Assembly: GCA_010093605.1 (NCBI GenBank)
Contig: MU004187.1
Span: 1 to 64,000 of the forward strand
DNA: 64,000 nt
Origin: Lophium mytilinum
Lineage: Eukaryota
Reading direction: 5' to 3'
This document shows positions 61,566 through 64,000 of the stretch, piece by piece. Below the pieces are notes generated by a model. It saw only the letters and a program-made list of their open reading frames with translations, had not been told where the DNA came from and did not search any database. Each line of letters begins with the position of its first letter. Position 1 is the first letter of the stretch. A program made the position numbers and the translations under genes.

Positions 61566-63753
61566 CTACTCATCCGTCACCGCCGCGAACTTGTCCATCA
61601 TCTTCTGCATCATCGCCTCGTACTACCGTGTGTCAGCTGTGTACGCAGTGAAGTTAGACGCTCGTATCCACGTACCTTCTTGCCGACCTTCTCCTCGCCA
61701 TCACTAGGCAACTCGAATTTCATGCTGCGTAGTTCGCTCTGGATTTCCGACGTCGCGTCGCGGACCTTACCCCAGGTCTGACCTTGAGCAATCGCCTTCT
61801 GCGCCTCGTCGTGGAAACCCATCATGGCCTTCATCATCCATTCCGTCTTCCATAGCGGGCAGAACTGATCATAGTCACTGTAACCGTTCTGCTGCAAAAA
61901 ATCCTCCTTGATCAAGGTCGCAACATCCAGAGTGATCTTGTCAGGGTCGCCTAACGCAGATTTGCCCACGAGTTGTACGACCTGGTCCAAATCTTCCGAG
62001 GTGGTGAGAAGCTCCTTGATTCGATCACGCAGGCGCGGGAAGTCGGGGTTGTGTTTCGCGTAGTACTTGTCTAGCGGCGTCGTGTACTTGCTGTAGCTCA
62101 TGGACGTATTGACTGACGGGAAATGCTTTCTTTGGGCGAGCTTCTTGTCCAAGCCCCAGAAGACCTGTACAATACCTAGTGTGCTGCTAGTAACCGGATC
62201 CGAGAAATCACCACCGGGAGGGCTGACGGCACCAACGATGCTAACACTGCCCTTCCGATCGGGGCTTCCAAGTGCTGTGACTCTGCCAGCACGCTCGTAG
62301 AAGGACGCCAACTTGGCACCGAGGTAGGCGGGGAAACCTTGATCAGCAGGCATTTCTCCGAGACGACCAGAAATCTCTCGAAGCGCCTCAGCCCATCGCG
62401 AAGACGAGTCAGCCATCATGGCAACATCCTTACCCTGGTCACGGAAGTATTCAGCAACGGTGATACCGGTGTAGATGGAAGCCTCACGGGCAGCTACGGG
62501 CATGTTGGATGTGTTGGCAATAAGCGTAGTCCGCTTCATGATGGGTTCTTTTCGGCCGTCGATATCGATAGAAAGCTAGAACGTGATTAGAACTGCATGA
62601 TAGCGAGAAATTTTGACCTTACCTCAGGGAAATCCATCAACACTTCAGCCATCTCGTTACCTCGCTCTCCGCAACCAACGTAGACAATGATGTCCGAGTT
62701 GGAGAACTTGGACAAACTCTGACTAATGACCGTCTTGCCGCAGCCAAAAGCACCAGGGATACACACTGTACCGCCCTGAACGCTGGGGAAAAGGGCATCG
62801 AGAACTCGTTGGCCGACGACGAGGGGAGAGTCAGAGGACAGCTTCTCGGCCGTAGGGCGAGGCACACGGACAGGCCAGTTGTGCATCATGCTATATTCTG
62901 TCTTGACGCCATTGAACTCGAGCTCCAGAATCTTCGTGTCCACAGTGTAGCTACCCTTGTCCGCAAGGCGGGTGATCGTTCCCTTGGCTCGGGGAGGTAG
63001 GAGGATTTTGTGGTCGTTGAGGAGGCTGTTTTCCCAGACACTACCAAAGACATCACCACCAGTGATATGGTCTCCAACCTTGTATTTGCCAGGAGTGAAA
63101 TCCCACTTCTTCTCGCGGTCGAGCGACGGGATGTCGATACCTCGGGGAATATAGATGCTATTCGACTTGTCGGCGATGCTCTTGAGAGGACGTTGAATTC
63201 CGTCATAAATCGTTTCCATCAGACCAGGGCCAAGTTCGACGGATAGAGGCTTTCCGGATCGAGTAACGGGGTCACCAACAGTGACACCGGCTAGGATTCC
63301 AAGTCAGTTCATAGATCTATAGATGCGTGCGGTGAGGTCGTACCAGTCTCTTCGTAAACCTGGATCGTGGCTTTGTCCGCCTCAATTCGAATCACTTCTC
63401 CGACAAGATTGTCATGACCAACTCGAACCTGCTATGTTTTAGTACTGAGATAGTCCCTCATAGAGATGCTGCAACATACGAGCTCGTACATAGCACAACC
63501 AATCATGTCCTCGGCGACAATGACGGGGCTAGACGCTATCAGCAACCAACTCGACCCTTCTCAGGATATACGTACCCAGACACTGAGAACACCTTGCCTA
63601 TGAAGCTATTAGCTAGTGATTACCAGGATGTATCAATCGTATATACCGGTGTTCTCGTCATCAGCCGCATCCTTCTTACTCTGCACCCCGCCAAGTCAGC
63701 TATCATGCCCTCAAATTCAATCTTCTCGCCGGACTGAAGCTTACCGGAGCCAT
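61566..63753 (-). CDS. VMA1: V-type H+-ATPase catalytic subunit A, multi-exon, no intein
   Basis: [57 protein letters not shown]. Confidence 0.98.
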
Positions 63754-64000
63754 GGTGGGAGGTGTTAGAGCTTCCGGCGATGGGGGAGCTCCGACTACAA
63801 TGTTGGGAGGTGGGAGCAGTGGCGAGGGAGGAAGAGGTATTTCGAGGACCAGCTCTTCGGGCTGGGGAACTGCTACTGTGTGCGGGGCGGGACTGTGGGC
63901 GTTGCTCTTGCGAACAAGGTCGAGAAAGGAGGGTCGAACTTTCAGTCGCGGGCGCAGACCGAGCATACACAGCTCGAAGGGAGTACTTGGGGTGGAGGAG

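Noticed and set aside
62660..62690. VMA1 intein (VDE) insertion
   Set aside because: The insertion site reads uninterrupted [10 protein letters not shown].

Overview
Left end of a filamentous-ascomycete chromosome. A (CCCTAA)n telomere (1-95) runs directly into a ~13.2 kb AT-rich block of RIP-degenerated transposons: two chromodomain-type Ty3/gypsy relics, a nested non-autonomous Mutator-like element with ~100-bp TIRs and a 9-bp TSD, and a second related copy. At ~13,230 the sequence switches sharply to GC-balanced, intron-containing genes. The first gene is a chimeric Vps4-family AAA ATPase without a MIT domain; it carries an unassigned repeat domain, an NPF motif, an EH domain, a PPxY motif and a ZZ zinc finger. 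Next come a Ser/Thr-rich membrane protein, a 75-bp tandem repeat and a GH28 endopolygalacturonase. A putative stilbene/phenolic catabolic cluster follows (MFS, Zn2Cys6 TF, CAO-1-like oxygenase, ALDH, FAH-family hydrolase, gentisate-dioxygenase-like cupin, second TF, FAD monooxygenase, frameshifted DUF3237 gene, MFS), with a recurring TAACTCCCCG promoter motif. A second putative cluster comprises a Rid-family protein, PhyH dioxygenase, amino-acid permease, GMC oxidoreductase and TF. After an SDR, an orphan Zn-cluster exon and a PTH11-like protein, core genes begin (MRX11-like, VPS1, VMA1). Gene models were spliced by eye and family calls come from recalled motifs; no database searches were run.
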